From the sequence record NC_047880.1: 64,000 bases of DNA. One strand, written 5' to 3'. Position 1 is the first letter of the stretch. Each line of letters begins with the position of its first letter. The translations under genes were made by a program, and so were the position numbers. Of this stretch, positions 26,851-35,588 are shown piece after piece. The notes beneath the pieces are model-generated. The model saw only the letters and a list, made by a program, of their open reading frames with translations. It made no database searches and was not told the origin of the DNA.

Positions 26851-27825
26851 ATGAAGTACGGATTCGCCTGCAAGCTGATTGATAACAAGGGCAAACAGCC
26901 TTTCCCTAATCGCAGTATCAGCTACAAACACTTCGCACCGTTAACTGACGAAGACCAGAGACTCAAACTGATTGAGATCGCTACGCACAACCTGACAATG
27001 TTGCTCGCTATGATTCACTATGTCGGACGTCTGCGTATGGACTTGCGTATGTTCCGCATAACAAGCGAACTGCTTCCTCTGTACACGCATCCGAAAGTCA
27101 GTGCATTGTATCAAGAGCCTCACATACGATCATTGATTGAACCAATGCTTGCTGAGTGTGGTCGTGCTGCGCGTACACGTCAAGTTCGTTTGTCGTTTCA
27201 CCCAGGCCAGTTCACCGTACTTGCATCTGACCGACCAGAAGTTGTCGTGTCTGCAATTGAAGAACTTGAGTACCACGCGTACTGTGCATATCAGATGGGA
27301 TACGGCAGAAAGTTCCAAGACTTCAAAATCAACATTCATCTGAGTGGCCGACTCCGTGCAGAAGGTTTCCGTACTGCGTTCAAACTCCTGTCACCTCACT
27401 GTCGTCGCATGTTGACCGTTGAGAATGACGAGATCACCAGCAGCATCGAAGACGTGTTAACTCTAGGTGACTTGTGTCCGATCGTCTTGGACGTGCATCA
27501 TCATTGGGTAATGACTAACGAATACATTCTGCCTACAGATGATCGCGTTAAGCGCGTGATAGACTCGTGGCGTGGCGTTCGACCTGTTGCACACTATTCA
27601 GTGTCTCGACCTGAGCATGTACCGTCACGTGGTATGCCCGATCAGAACAAGCTGCAAGCTAACAGAATGCAGTTACGCGCACACGCTGAATACTATCACA
27701 ATGAAGACGTAAACGACTGGGTCCGTACTTTCTCTGATTTCGACATAATGTGCGAGTCAAAAGCTAAAAATCTAGCTCGCTTAAAATTGGTGTATTTTGA
27801 GTCAACTCTGCATATAATAGGCTGA
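26851..27825 (+). CDS. uvsE: UV DNA-damage endonuclease (UvsE/UvdE)
   Basis: MFRITSELLP, RLSFHPGQF, LTVENDE, VLDVHHH, HYS and DIMCESKAKNLA motifs. Confidence 0.93.
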   Translation: MKYGFACKLIDNKGKQPFPNRSISYKHFAPLTDEDQRLKLIEIATHNLTMLLAMIHYVGRLRMDLRMFRITSELLPLYTHPKVSALYQEPHIRSLIEPMLAECGRAARTRQVRLSFHPGQFTVLASDRPEVVVSAIEELEYHAYCAYQMGYGRKFQDFKINIHLSGRLRAEGFRTAFKLLSPHCRRMLTVENDEITSSIEDVLTLGDLCPIVLDVHHHWVMTNEYILPTDDRVKRVIDSWRGVRPVAHYSVSRPEHVPSRGMPDQNKLQANRMQLRAHAEYYHNEDVNDWVRTFSDFDIMCESKAKNLARLKLVYFESTLHIIG

Positions 27826-27862
27826 AATACGGCTTGTGCTGTAGGTCGCACCGTGATAAACT
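27804..27862 (+). promoter_or_regulatory. boxed promoter copy
   Basis: AACTCTGCATATAATAGGCTGAAATAC, 23 nt, then TG-A-TAAACT; TTGTGC -35. Confidence 0.8.
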
Positions 27863-27916
27863 GTACATGAGCACTTTTGCTCGTTTAGCTTGTCTAAAAA
27901 GACATAAGGAAACGCT

Positions 27917-28210
27917 ATGTACACTAATCACATTATCGCAAAGAAACCTGCTGCACCTCTGACGTATTCAGCAAGCAACACGTATGAACAACGCGACCGC
28001 ATCTCCTGCATCTGGCCTGGCTGTCTCGATGTTCCTGCTGCAATTAAACGTTGGTGCCGTGCTCATGAGATTATGATCGATCTCGATTCCTATATGCGCG
28101 TTCGATTTCGAGGACGTCGTGCGGATATCCTGACATTGATTGCAACTCACATTGCGCCTAACAATTCTGAACTGACCGCACGTATCGTCAGCACAATCAC
28201 AGAGGCTTAA
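27917..28210 (+). CDS. hypothetical protein
   Basis: AAGGA SD, 97 aa. Confidence 0.75.
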   Translation: MYTNHIIAKKPAAPLTYSASNTYEQRDRISCIWPGCLDVPAAIKRWCRAHEIMIDLDSYMRVRFRGRRADILTLIATHIAPNNSELTARIVSTITEA

Positions 28211-28211
28211 A

Positions 28212-28475
28212 ATGAAAATCGAAAGAATGGAAGCTACCTATGAGTTGCGTGATACGAAAGCGGCTTTAGTTGAGAAGAGGGGCTTTCGTACCGTTGAGTC
28301 GAAGTATGTTGACGGTACGGAGGTTAGATTACAACGGAGAGACCACGAGGTTCTCGAACGTATCGTTGTAGGCTACGACAGATTTGGTCGTGCCGTGTAC
28401 GGGTCACTCGTACCACAACGTTCGTTCGAAGTGCGTGACAGCAAGGACGGCGTACCTCAAGTGCCAGCTCCCTAG
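28212..28475 (+). CDS. hypothetical protein
   Basis: GAGG SD, 87 aa. Confidence 0.7.
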   Translation: MKIERMEATYELRDTKAALVEKRGFRTVESKYVDGTEVRLQRRDHEVLERIVVGYDRFGRAVYGSLVPQRSFEVRDSKDGVPQVPAP

Positions 28476-28552
28476 CAAGCTCACAACAAGAAGCCATAGA
28501 ATATACAAACTCAAAAATAATTCTGTGCTTAAACCTAGTGGGGTGTCACAAA

Positions 28553-28930
28553 ATGATCGTCATCTGTAATTCTTCAAAAGACTTTTCTTTTGAACGGTTG
28601 TCACACGGGGACGCATTTGTTTTTGGAAAGACACGCATGTTACTACGTGCGGACTTTATCGTCCTGACCGACAAGAACAATGCTTTCTATGTTATACGCA
28701 AATCTGATGTTGTTTGGTCGCCGGAACTTACTGGTGCAACGCAAATGGTGAAAGTCCGGGCGTTTGCCCAGATTAAACCGTTCGAACTAAACACTGCATG
28801 TCCGCAATTCAACAGCCGCGTATACGGAACAGTAGCTTTTCGCAACACGCACTTTGAGTATCGGTTAAATCACCTACAATATAAACCAACACAGTTCGGA
28901 GGTTTACATGGCACGGTATCATGTGTTTAG
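28553..28930 (+). CDS. hypothetical protein
   Basis: GGGGTG SD, ATG at 28553. Confidence 0.65.
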   Translation: MIVICNSSKDFSFERLSHGDAFVFGKTRMLLRADFIVLTDKNNAFYVIRKSDVVWSPELTGATQMVKVRAFAQIKPFELNTACPQFNSRVYGTVAFRNTHFEYRLNHLQYKPTQFGGLHGTVSCV

Positions 28931-29156
28931 CGCTACCCATCAGTATTACGGCGAAGCTTACGCTGGGACATATCTTAAAGATATCGACATGGGCGTAACG
29001 CTGAACCAAGCGGAGTTCAAGGACTTCGCCTCAGCCAAAACTTGTGCAGACAAACTGCATGAGGTTTGCGATATAGGCTGGATTGTCTACAACGCATTTT
29101 CTGAAATGCCGATGTACGACACTCGGACGTCTACTGACGAGTCTGTAAATACATAA
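28908..29156 (+). CDS. hypothetical protein
   Basis: GGAGG SD, 82 aa. Confidence 0.75.
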   Translation: MARYHVFSATHQYYGEAYAGTYLKDIDMGVTLNQAEFKDFASAKTCADKLHEVCDIGWIVYNAFSEMPMYDTRTSTDESVNT

Positions 29157-29226
29157 CAGGCCCGCCTACATCTTCCAGTGTGATGCTTACGGGCTTCACG
29201 CAAATTCACTTAAATGAGGTTTTACT

Positions 29227-29736
29227 ATGAAACGTTTTATCACTGCTATCGCTTTTGTTGTTGCTTCTTCTAACGCATTCGCTTCTACCCAGTACGTTGC
29301 GCCAACAATTAGCGGACTGAACCCAAGCACTGACCTGACTATCACTCATGCACTTGATAGTTCTTGCAGTACAAAGATGGCGACTGCTATCGATCTGCGT
29401 GGTGGCCTTGTTGATTTTGCTGTCAACAAGAACACAATAGACACTAAACCTCTGTGGCCTCTGCTGTGTAGTCCGACAGTTGAAGCCACGAAAGTGGATG
29501 TGGAACGTGCGGGGCAAGACATTACTCTGACCTATACCAACCGCGATAAATCAATGCCTAAGCTGATTATCGTTATGCAGCGCGTCGAATCTGAGAACGA
29601 CGATGATGCGCCAACGTATCAGATCGTCCGCGTAGGCGATATGAATGCTATGGGCTATGAAGAACAGGCGGCACTGCAAGACTGGCTGCTTGATTGCTAC
29701 GCTGCAACTAATCAAGATTCGTTGGCGCTGAACTAA
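29227..29736 (+). CDS. exported protein with Sec signal peptide
   Basis: MKRFITAIAFVVASSNAFA|S, an AxA cleavage site. Confidence 0.8.
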   Translation: MKRFITAIAFVVASSNAFASTQYVAPTISGLNPSTDLTITHALDSSCSTKMATAIDLRGGLVDFAVNKNTIDTKPLWPLLCSPTVEATKVDVERAGQDITLTYTNRDKSMPKLIIVMQRVESENDDDAPTYQIVRVGDMNAMGYEEQAALQDWLLDCYAATNQDSLALN

Positions 29737-30038
29737 TGGCTAAAACGAAAACCATGCTGACGTATTCTAATCAGTTGCAGAAAGATATCTCAAAGCCCGA
29801 AGACTGGCAGTTGTTCAAGGACATGCTACTTAATCTTCGGCTTGCTGTACTGACTGAGCCTAAGCCTCATGCTAAAGTGCGTGAACTATGTCGCACTTGG
29901 TATAGTGGCGGGAAATATCGAAGCCCGATTTGTGATTCAACCCTTATTCGTTTGTCTTCAACAAAGAAAGCGCATACGCTGTTAGACGAACTGATTGAAC
30001 TTTATGTTGATATTGAGGAAAAGAATGATGACCAGTAA
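29736..30038 (+). CDS. hypothetical protein
   Basis: Stop/start overlap, 100 aa. Confidence 0.7.
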   Translation: MAKTKTMLTYSNQLQKDISKPEDWQLFKDMLLNLRLAVLTEPKPHAKVRELCRTWYSGGKYRSPICDSTLIRLSSTKKAHTLLDELIELYVDIEEKNDDQ

Positions 30039-31095
30039 ACCTGTTATGAGTGCAACCCAAATTGAAAACCGTCGCGTGACTGGTGTGCGCAACAAAGTTA
30101 CTGCTGCCTTGCAAGGTGGTTTCGATGCAATGCGTGTGCCGCGTCCTGATCAAAGCCATGTGCGTGATGCTTTCCGCTTCATTGCTAATCAGGTTCTTCA
30201 CGCAGGCGCACAGTTCAAGTATGAAGACACTAAGCCAAGTCATGCAGCCGCGTACGATATTATTCGTCAGTACGAAATCAAACTCACTGGACCTCAAGCG
30301 CGAATCGCTCGCCCTGATGTTATTGTTGATTTTGAAGATCTGCTGCGTCCGAACTTACAGGCAGTCTGGCCGAGCGTTCTGCGCAATCTAACGATCACAA
30401 ACTCGTTGCTTCGCAATCCAGATTCGAACGTATTCTCTCCTGACCCTGATGCGAATACACAAAACCTGATGAACTCGCTTGCGTTCTGGTTCACTGAACT
30501 TGGCTTGAAAAATATGCTTATCGATCCATCAATCGTTGAGCACACCAACTTAGTATCGATCAACGTTGTCACTGCGGCATCGCACTATGATCTGTCTGCG
30601 TGTGATTGGGAGTATCGCAACCGTCTCTACGGCCGCTCGTATGAACCTGATACACAAGAAGTCCCAGACTGGAAAAAGCCAGCACCTTCGAACTGCACCT
30701 GCAACACAAGTTCTTATGACGACGATTGCCCTGCTCACGATACAGGCGATGATATTGACGATGAAGTTCCTGCTTTCTATACAGACCGCTACATCGTCGA
30801 ATTCGAACACAGCCTGCGTGACGTTGATTTCAACGCTGAAAGGCCTGCACCAGTTGCCTTAGATTCCGTACAACAAAAACAGCGCTTCAAGAAAGCAAAG
30901 TCTAAAACACCTCGTGGCGGCACGTTCGATTTCATGCCTCAATGGTATGTGCTCGATGAACGTGAAGCGAAAGGCGTATACTTCGCTGTCGTGCTTATGT
31001 CTCGTTCTACAGTCGGTATCCCAGTTGTTACTGCGACAACCCGCGAAGCTCTCGCAATCGCAGAAGTCCTGCACTCGTTCGAATTCGACAAATAG
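30025..31095 (+). CDS. hypothetical protein with internal CxC...CPxH motif
   Basis: GAGG SD; NCTCNTSSYDDDCPAHD. Confidence 0.8.
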   Translation: MMTSKPVMSATQIENRRVTGVRNKVTAALQGGFDAMRVPRPDQSHVRDAFRFIANQVLHAGAQFKYEDTKPSHAAAYDIIRQYEIKLTGPQARIARPDVIVDFEDLLRPNLQAVWPSVLRNLTITNSLLRNPDSNVFSPDPDANTQNLMNSLAFWFTELGLKNMLIDPSIVEHTNLVSINVVTAASHYDLSACDWEYRNRLYGRSYEPDTQEVPDWKKPAPSNCTCNTSSYDDDCPAHDTGDDIDDEVPAFYTDRYIVEFEHSLRDVDFNAERPAPVALDSVQQKQRFKKAKSKTPRGGTFDFMPQWYVLDEREAKGVYFAVVLMSRSTVGIPVVTATTREALAIAEVLHSFEFDK

Positions 31096-31096
31096 A

Positions 31097-31140
31097 AGGT
31101 AGAAACAGCGCTCGAAATGAACGCACTTCTATGATATAAT
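31097..31140 (+). promoter_or_regulatory. boxed promoter, variant copy
   Basis: AGGTAGAAACAG, 23 nt, then TG-A-TATAAT. Confidence 0.75.
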
Positions 31141-31206
31141 CATAGCTAGAGCATATCGCTCTCACGTAACCTTTAAACATACGTTAATCAGTAACGGGAA
31201 TATATA

Positions 31207-31509
31207 ATGGCTCGCACACTCTCACGCAAGAAAGCACTCGCCCTCATGTCTGACGCTTACAACTCAAAACACGAACAATACCTTCCACGACTTATGGCGG
31301 AAGATATGGAATCGAAACACCTCTTCGAATTCCGTGAGCAAGTTGTCGCTAAGATTCAGGCGGGCGAGAATCCCTCTAAAGTTGTCGATGATATGATCGA
31401 TACCGCGATTCGCGTTACTCTGGTCCGTCGTCGCACGAGCAATGACTATAATCCAAAACTTTCTGATGTGCTCACTGACGAACTGCGTGATGCACTGCGT
31501 AACTTATAA
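31207..31509 (+). CDS. hypothetical protein
   Basis: 100 aa, downstream of a promoter. Confidence 0.8.
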   Translation: MARTLSRKKALALMSDAYNSKHEQYLPRLMAEDMESKHLFEFREQVVAKIQAGENPSKVVDDMIDTAIRVTLVRRRTSNDYNPKLSDVLTDELRDALRNL

Positions 31510-31517
31510 GGTATAAA

Positions 31518-32078
31518 ATGAAAAGCTACGGTTACTTTTTGGTTCTTAACCACATCGCACTCGCGGTTGACAATCCCAGCAAGGAGGCTGGGTTCAAGTC
31601 TCTTATCGAACTTGATATGTTCAATCGTGCTTCCTCAATCGTTCTGCCTGATGCTGAGCCGAAAGGTTTCAAGCTCGCAAAAGATTTGACGGAAGCTATC
31701 TATCCTGCGTCTGCTGACGTTCAACCAACAATCGGCCAACGCATGATGATGGTGCAAGCCCTTCATGACCAAGAAGTAGCCGCACTGTTAGGCGATACAA
31801 CGATCTTTGTCGCTCATTCATTCACTAATGATGAATTGATGACACGCTTTGGTTTCTTCTACGACGGTACAGACACTGCGCTGTTCATGCCGTACTACTT
31901 GCGCAAACACATCATGGCAGATCAAGCGGTCTTCTGTGAAGGTAAGCTGACGAGTTTTGATTATGCCTGCTCAAACGGTGCAATCACACCTCATGTCCAT
32001 TCTTACGGTTTGCTGACTGCGCAAGCTTATGGTCACGATACAATGCCAGCTAAGTACCGTCACAATTTTCTTCTCTGA
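31518..32078 (+). CDS. hypothetical protein, possibly a degenerate DnaQ/DEDD exonuclease fold
   Basis: IFVAHSFTND resembles the ExoII motif; ExoI acidic residues are absent. Confidence 0.35.
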   Translation: MKSYGYFLVLNHIALAVDNPSKEAGFKSLIELDMFNRASSIVLPDAEPKGFKLAKDLTEAIYPASADVQPTIGQRMMMVQALHDQEVAALLGDTTIFVAHSFTNDELMTRFGFFYDGTDTALFMPYYLRKHIMADQAVFCEGKLTSFDYACSNGAITPHVHSYGLLTAQAYGHDTMPAKYRHNFLL

Positions 32079-32092
32079 CGGAGGCCGCACTC

Positions 32093-32539
32093 ATGGGTGT
32101 AGTCAAAGGTATCACATCGACTGAGTTTCCAGCTCGCGACCGCGACGAGTATTCGCAAGTCATTATTCAAATGTCTGACGGTACATTCAGCGCAACGCTA
32201 ATGCGACGAGATCGTACGGAGCCGCTGAATACAATCTGGCGTATCGACGGCGACTGTCTGCCTGAAGAATTCTTTCAAGGCACTCGCCCTATGTATGTGT
32301 CTGCATCGTATCTGCAAGACAACGGCAAGAGCTTGTTAGTTGCAGCAGGTCCGAATGAAGGTCTGTTCTGCGAAGTCTGTTTTGATTTTGATTTGAAGTC
32401 AAAAGTTGACGGCGTTGTTCTTACACACCGTGCTAACCAAACAATCATTCAGATTCTGAGCGGACCTCATGAGGGTCGTATCGTCAGTTCTGCTGAGTGT
32501 CAGTATTCAATCCTCCCGTATAAAGGAGTTAAGCTGTGA
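32093..32539 (+). CDS. hypothetical protein
   Basis: GGAGG SD, 148 aa. Confidence 0.8.
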   Translation: MGVVKGITSTEFPARDRDEYSQVIIQMSDGTFSATLMRRDRTEPLNTIWRIDGDCLPEEFFQGTRPMYVSASYLQDNGKSLLVAAGPNEGLFCEVCFDFDLKSKVDGVVLTHRANQTIIQILSGPHEGRIVSSAECQYSILPYKGVKL

Positions 32540-32718
32540 TCAAGTTTAAAGTTCTCGTAATCTCTACCGTTGTCCGTGGCTGTGAGTCTGGCGCAGGTGT
32601 CAGTCAGACCGTGCTAGACTTCGACACAAAAGAAGAGGCTGATACTGCCGCAGATCGAATCAACGGCACAAAGCCAGTAGAGTATTACTTAAAGAATCAG
32701 GCTATCCCACTCTACTGA
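32536..32718 (+). CDS. hypothetical protein
   Basis: AAGGAG SD, GTGA overlap. Confidence 0.75.
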   Translation: MIKFKVLVISTVVRGCESGAGVSQTVLDFDTKEEADTAADRINGTKPVEYYLKNQAIPLY

Positions 32719-32731
32719 TTTAGGTGACGCT

Positions 32732-32995
32732 ATGAGCAAAGGTAATTTCATGAAGCGCCTTGAAGCGGGCGAGACGTTCTACATGTACGTGTCTGGAAAA
32801 GACTGCACTCCAATCGCTCTTGGTCACGATGCTAATATTACGGACTTGCGTGTTGCTATAGGCGGACTTGCGTTTGCTCACAACCTCAAGAAAGTAAAAG
32901 TATCTTTTAGTCGCAACATCATGGCAGACCCTGATGGTGTTGTGTATTTCGATATCGTTCAAACAATCACTGTTAAAAAAGAAAAGGTGTACTAA
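32732..32995 (+). CDS. hypothetical protein
   Basis: AGGTG SD, 87 aa. Confidence 0.75.
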   Translation: MSKGNFMKRLEAGETFYMYVSGKDCTPIALGHDANITDLRVAIGGLAFAHNLKKVKVSFSRNIMADPDGVVYFDIVQTITVKKEKVY

Positions 32996-33531
32996 TGCAA
33001 TTTCTCGTTAAGCCAGACCTGAATCGTTACCCAGATTTCATCGTACCAAAGCGTGGCTCTGCGCAAGCTGCTGGTATTGATCTGTTCGCTCAACAGGATA
33101 TGATCATTACTGCTGATACTGAGCTGTTCGACCTGGGTTTTCAAGCTGCTGTGCCTGATGGTTACGTTGCTATTATTTTCCCTCGTAGCGGTCTTGGCGC
33201 TAAGTTCAATGTGCAACTGTCGAACACTACTGGCGTTATTGATAGTGACTATCGTGGCGAGTGGAAAGCTGCTATTCATCTCGGCGGTAAAGGTACGCAA
33301 GTCGATCAACTTGATTGGCTGAGCGCTGCGTATCTGCAATCGGACATGGACGAATTCCCTGACCTCGACGATGACGAAGATCAGAAAGCATTGCTGATCA
33401 AACGCGGCGAAGCTTACGCACAGGTACTCTTCTTTGAAGTGCCTCTGATGGAAGTTGCGCTGGCCGAAGAACTGCCTGATACAGAACGCGGTGATGGTGG
33501 CTTCGGTTCTACAACTGCACCACGTGTCTAA
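32995..33531 (+). CDS. dut: trimeric dUTPase with acidic insertion
   Basis: All five motifs: AGIDL, PRSGLG, GVIDSDYRGE, AYAQ, RGDGGFGST. Confidence 0.95.
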   Translation: MQFLVKPDLNRYPDFIVPKRGSAQAAGIDLFAQQDMIITADTELFDLGFQAAVPDGYVAIIFPRSGLGAKFNVQLSNTTGVIDSDYRGEWKAAIHLGGKGTQVDQLDWLSAAYLQSDMDEFPDLDDDEDQKALLIKRGEAYAQVLFFEVPLMEVALAEELPDTERGDGGFGSTTAPRV

Positions 33532-33748
33532 TTGGCCAGCGATAGCCATCGCGTATTATCTCGTTGGTTGTGTTATGGCTTATCGTGATTTCAAAGTGGC
33601 TAGTGCGGAAGTCAAGAAAGATTCTTACAAGACAACCATTCTTGGCAAAATGCCTCGATATAAAATTGTTTTGTTAGCTCTGATGATTTCCGCCATCGTG
33701 GTGTTCATTGATATCCCCACGTGGCCATTTAGGAAGAAACGTTCTTAA
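33524..33748 (+). CDS. small membrane protein
   Basis: Two hydrophobic segments; start uncertain. Confidence 0.55.
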   Translation: MSNWPAIAIAYYLVGCVMAYRDFKVASAEVKKDSYKTTILGKMPRYKIVLLALMISAIVVFIDIPTWPFRKKRS

Positions 33749-33796
33749 ACACGAAGGGTCCTTCACTGGGCCCTCATTTATCGTAATATAAACACT

Positions 33797-34111
33797 ATGA
33801 GAAAGAAAACTTGCTTGCTGCCACGAGAGCGTAAAAGCCCGCTAAAGAACATGCGCGCCTATCTCGCATTTCTCGCCCGGAAACCCAATGATAATCGCAG
33901 AGTATTAGAAGCGTATTGCAATGCAGCGTTAGCTCAAATGCGCCGTGACAGATTCTTTGTTGGCAGGCTCTTTGCTCATAAAGTGTATACGAAGTCGAAC
34001 AAGGTCGCATACACAGTTGTCTGGATTGACCCATACAACTACGACTGTCTTGTTCTCAATCACAGAGAGAGGAAAGTAGAATTTAAAAATCTATATGGCC
34101 TGATTCTTTGA
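33797..34111 (+). CDS. hypothetical basic protein
   Basis: 104-aa ORF. Confidence 0.6.
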   Translation: MRKKTCLLPRERKSPLKNMRAYLAFLARKPNDNRRVLEAYCNAALAQMRRDRFFVGRLFAHKVYTKSNKVAYTVVWIDPYNYDCLVLNHRERKVEFKNLYGLIL

Positions 34112-34150
34112 TTAGGTCCTAGCGCCTACACACTAGGAGATATTCCAAAA

Positions 34151-34828
34151 ATGTTAGTTATCATCAACAATCGTACCGACGAGGTAATGAACCGCCTGAA
34201 CGTAGCAGTATGGGTTTGTGTGGCATTCGCGTTTGCGCTTTTAATAGCGTTACGCATTTCGCCGTCATTCGCCAGTATGTCTACAGGCATCGAGAAACCA
34301 ATTGATGTTTCGTCCGCAGTGTCGCTTGATGCCTCCCATCGAGTGGCTAAACAATACAAGGAGATAGCTGCATCTGAGCAACAACAAGAACGAAGGCGAG
34401 AGAAATCCCTGACGAAAGAACGCCTTCAACAATTGTATGCACACCTGCCGCACCCGTCAGACCTAGGCAAGCAAATTGATTTGGCCGCAGCAAAGTATGG
34501 CGTAGACGCAAAACTCGTCCTCTCTATCTGCGTGTCCGAGTCGCATCTTCGTGCTAAAGTCAGAAACAAATCTGGTGCTACTGGCTTATGTCAGATAATG
34601 CCAAAGATGCACGGGCGTAGTTCCCGCGAGTTACTTGATTACCGTGTTAACGTTGATCTTGCAGCACGTATCGTTTCAGATCTTACCAAGCAATGCAAAG
34701 GCCGTCGTGCCTGTGTGATTCAATCTTACAATACTGGCTGGGGAGCATACCTGAAGGGTGCGCGAGCGCCACAATACTTAGCTAAAGTACAGACCGAGTA
34801 TCGCCGCAAGCATACTCCTTCTTCCTGA
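34151..34828 (+). CDS. lytic transglycosylase (SLT) with N-terminal TM anchor
   Basis: AAKYGVD..LVLSICVSES (catalytic Glu), GATGLCQIMP, YRVNVDLAA, SYNTG. Confidence 0.9.
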   Translation: MLVIINNRTDEVMNRLNVAVWVCVAFAFALLIALRISPSFASMSTGIEKPIDVSSAVSLDASHRVAKQYKEIAASEQQQERRREKSLTKERLQQLYAHLPHPSDLGKQIDLAAAKYGVDAKLVLSICVSESHLRAKVRNKSGATGLCQIMPKMHGRSSRELLDYRVNVDLAARIVSDLTKQCKGRRACVIQSYNTGWGAYLKGARAPQYLAKVQTEYRRKHTPSS

Positions 34829-34842
34829 GAGGATATAATACA

Positions 34843-35517
34843 ATGAATATTCAATTCGCAGACCTGTGTAAGTTGCAGCGGGAAATATTAAAGCCGTTAT
34901 CTCCGAACCAAGAGTTCGCTCTGGTTCAGTTGCTCGTTGACGAAGACTGTGCTGATGAAGTTGCTGGCATCATTGAAGTGATGTTGAAAGAGCATGACCA
35001 CACAGAACGTCTGTATAGTGCTTGGTTGGAATCGTCTAAGCACACAAACGTTGTCCCGCTGATCGTTCCTGTTATTGACAGTGAAAACATCATGCGTGAC
35101 ATTCTCAACCGCGATAATAGCACTCTCGGTCTGGCGGACAGCTTGCGCCACGTTCTTGATGAAGCACACATCCGCATGTTGCGTACTGCTGAATCTCAAA
35201 CAGAACTGCTGTCTGTATCAACTACTGGTCCTGCACTGACTGTTGATTATGTTGTTGGCTGTATGCTCGACGCTCTTAATGAAAGTCTGATGCCTATCGC
35301 AGTACGCCCTACTCAGGAACAACGTGCTTCGCGTAAAGAGAACCTGCTGTCATTCAGCAAACTCAAAGCACTCGACCTGTTCTCTGGCACACTCGATTAT
35401 AGCCGCGCACTCCGCCCTACTCCTGAACATCGTCAGGAACGTATGCAGATTGCCGCTTCAATCGCACACAGTGCTGGTAAATCAAACGAAGATTATTCCT
35501 TCGTGTTTGAACGCTAA
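34843..35517 (+). CDS. hypothetical protein
   Basis: GAGGA SD, 224 aa. Confidence 0.8.
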   Translation: MNIQFADLCKLQREILKPLSPNQEFALVQLLVDEDCADEVAGIIEVMLKEHDHTERLYSAWLESSKHTNVVPLIVPVIDSENIMRDILNRDNSTLGLADSLRHVLDEAHIRMLRTAESQTELLSVSTTGPALTVDYVVGCMLDALNESLMPIAVRPTQEQRASRKENLLSFSKLKALDLFSGTLDYSRALRPTPEHRQERMQIAASIAHSAGKSNEDYSFVFER

Positions 35518-35526
35518 GTAAAACTC

Positions 35527-35557
35527 AACGGGAGACCTTAACTGGTTTCCCGTTTTT
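35527..35557 (+). terminator. intrinsic terminator
   Basis: AACGGGAGACC-TTAACT-GGTTTCCCGTT followed by TTT. Confidence 0.85.
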
Positions 35558-35588
35558 CATTCTTGTACGAATTTTTGAGATCAACCAA

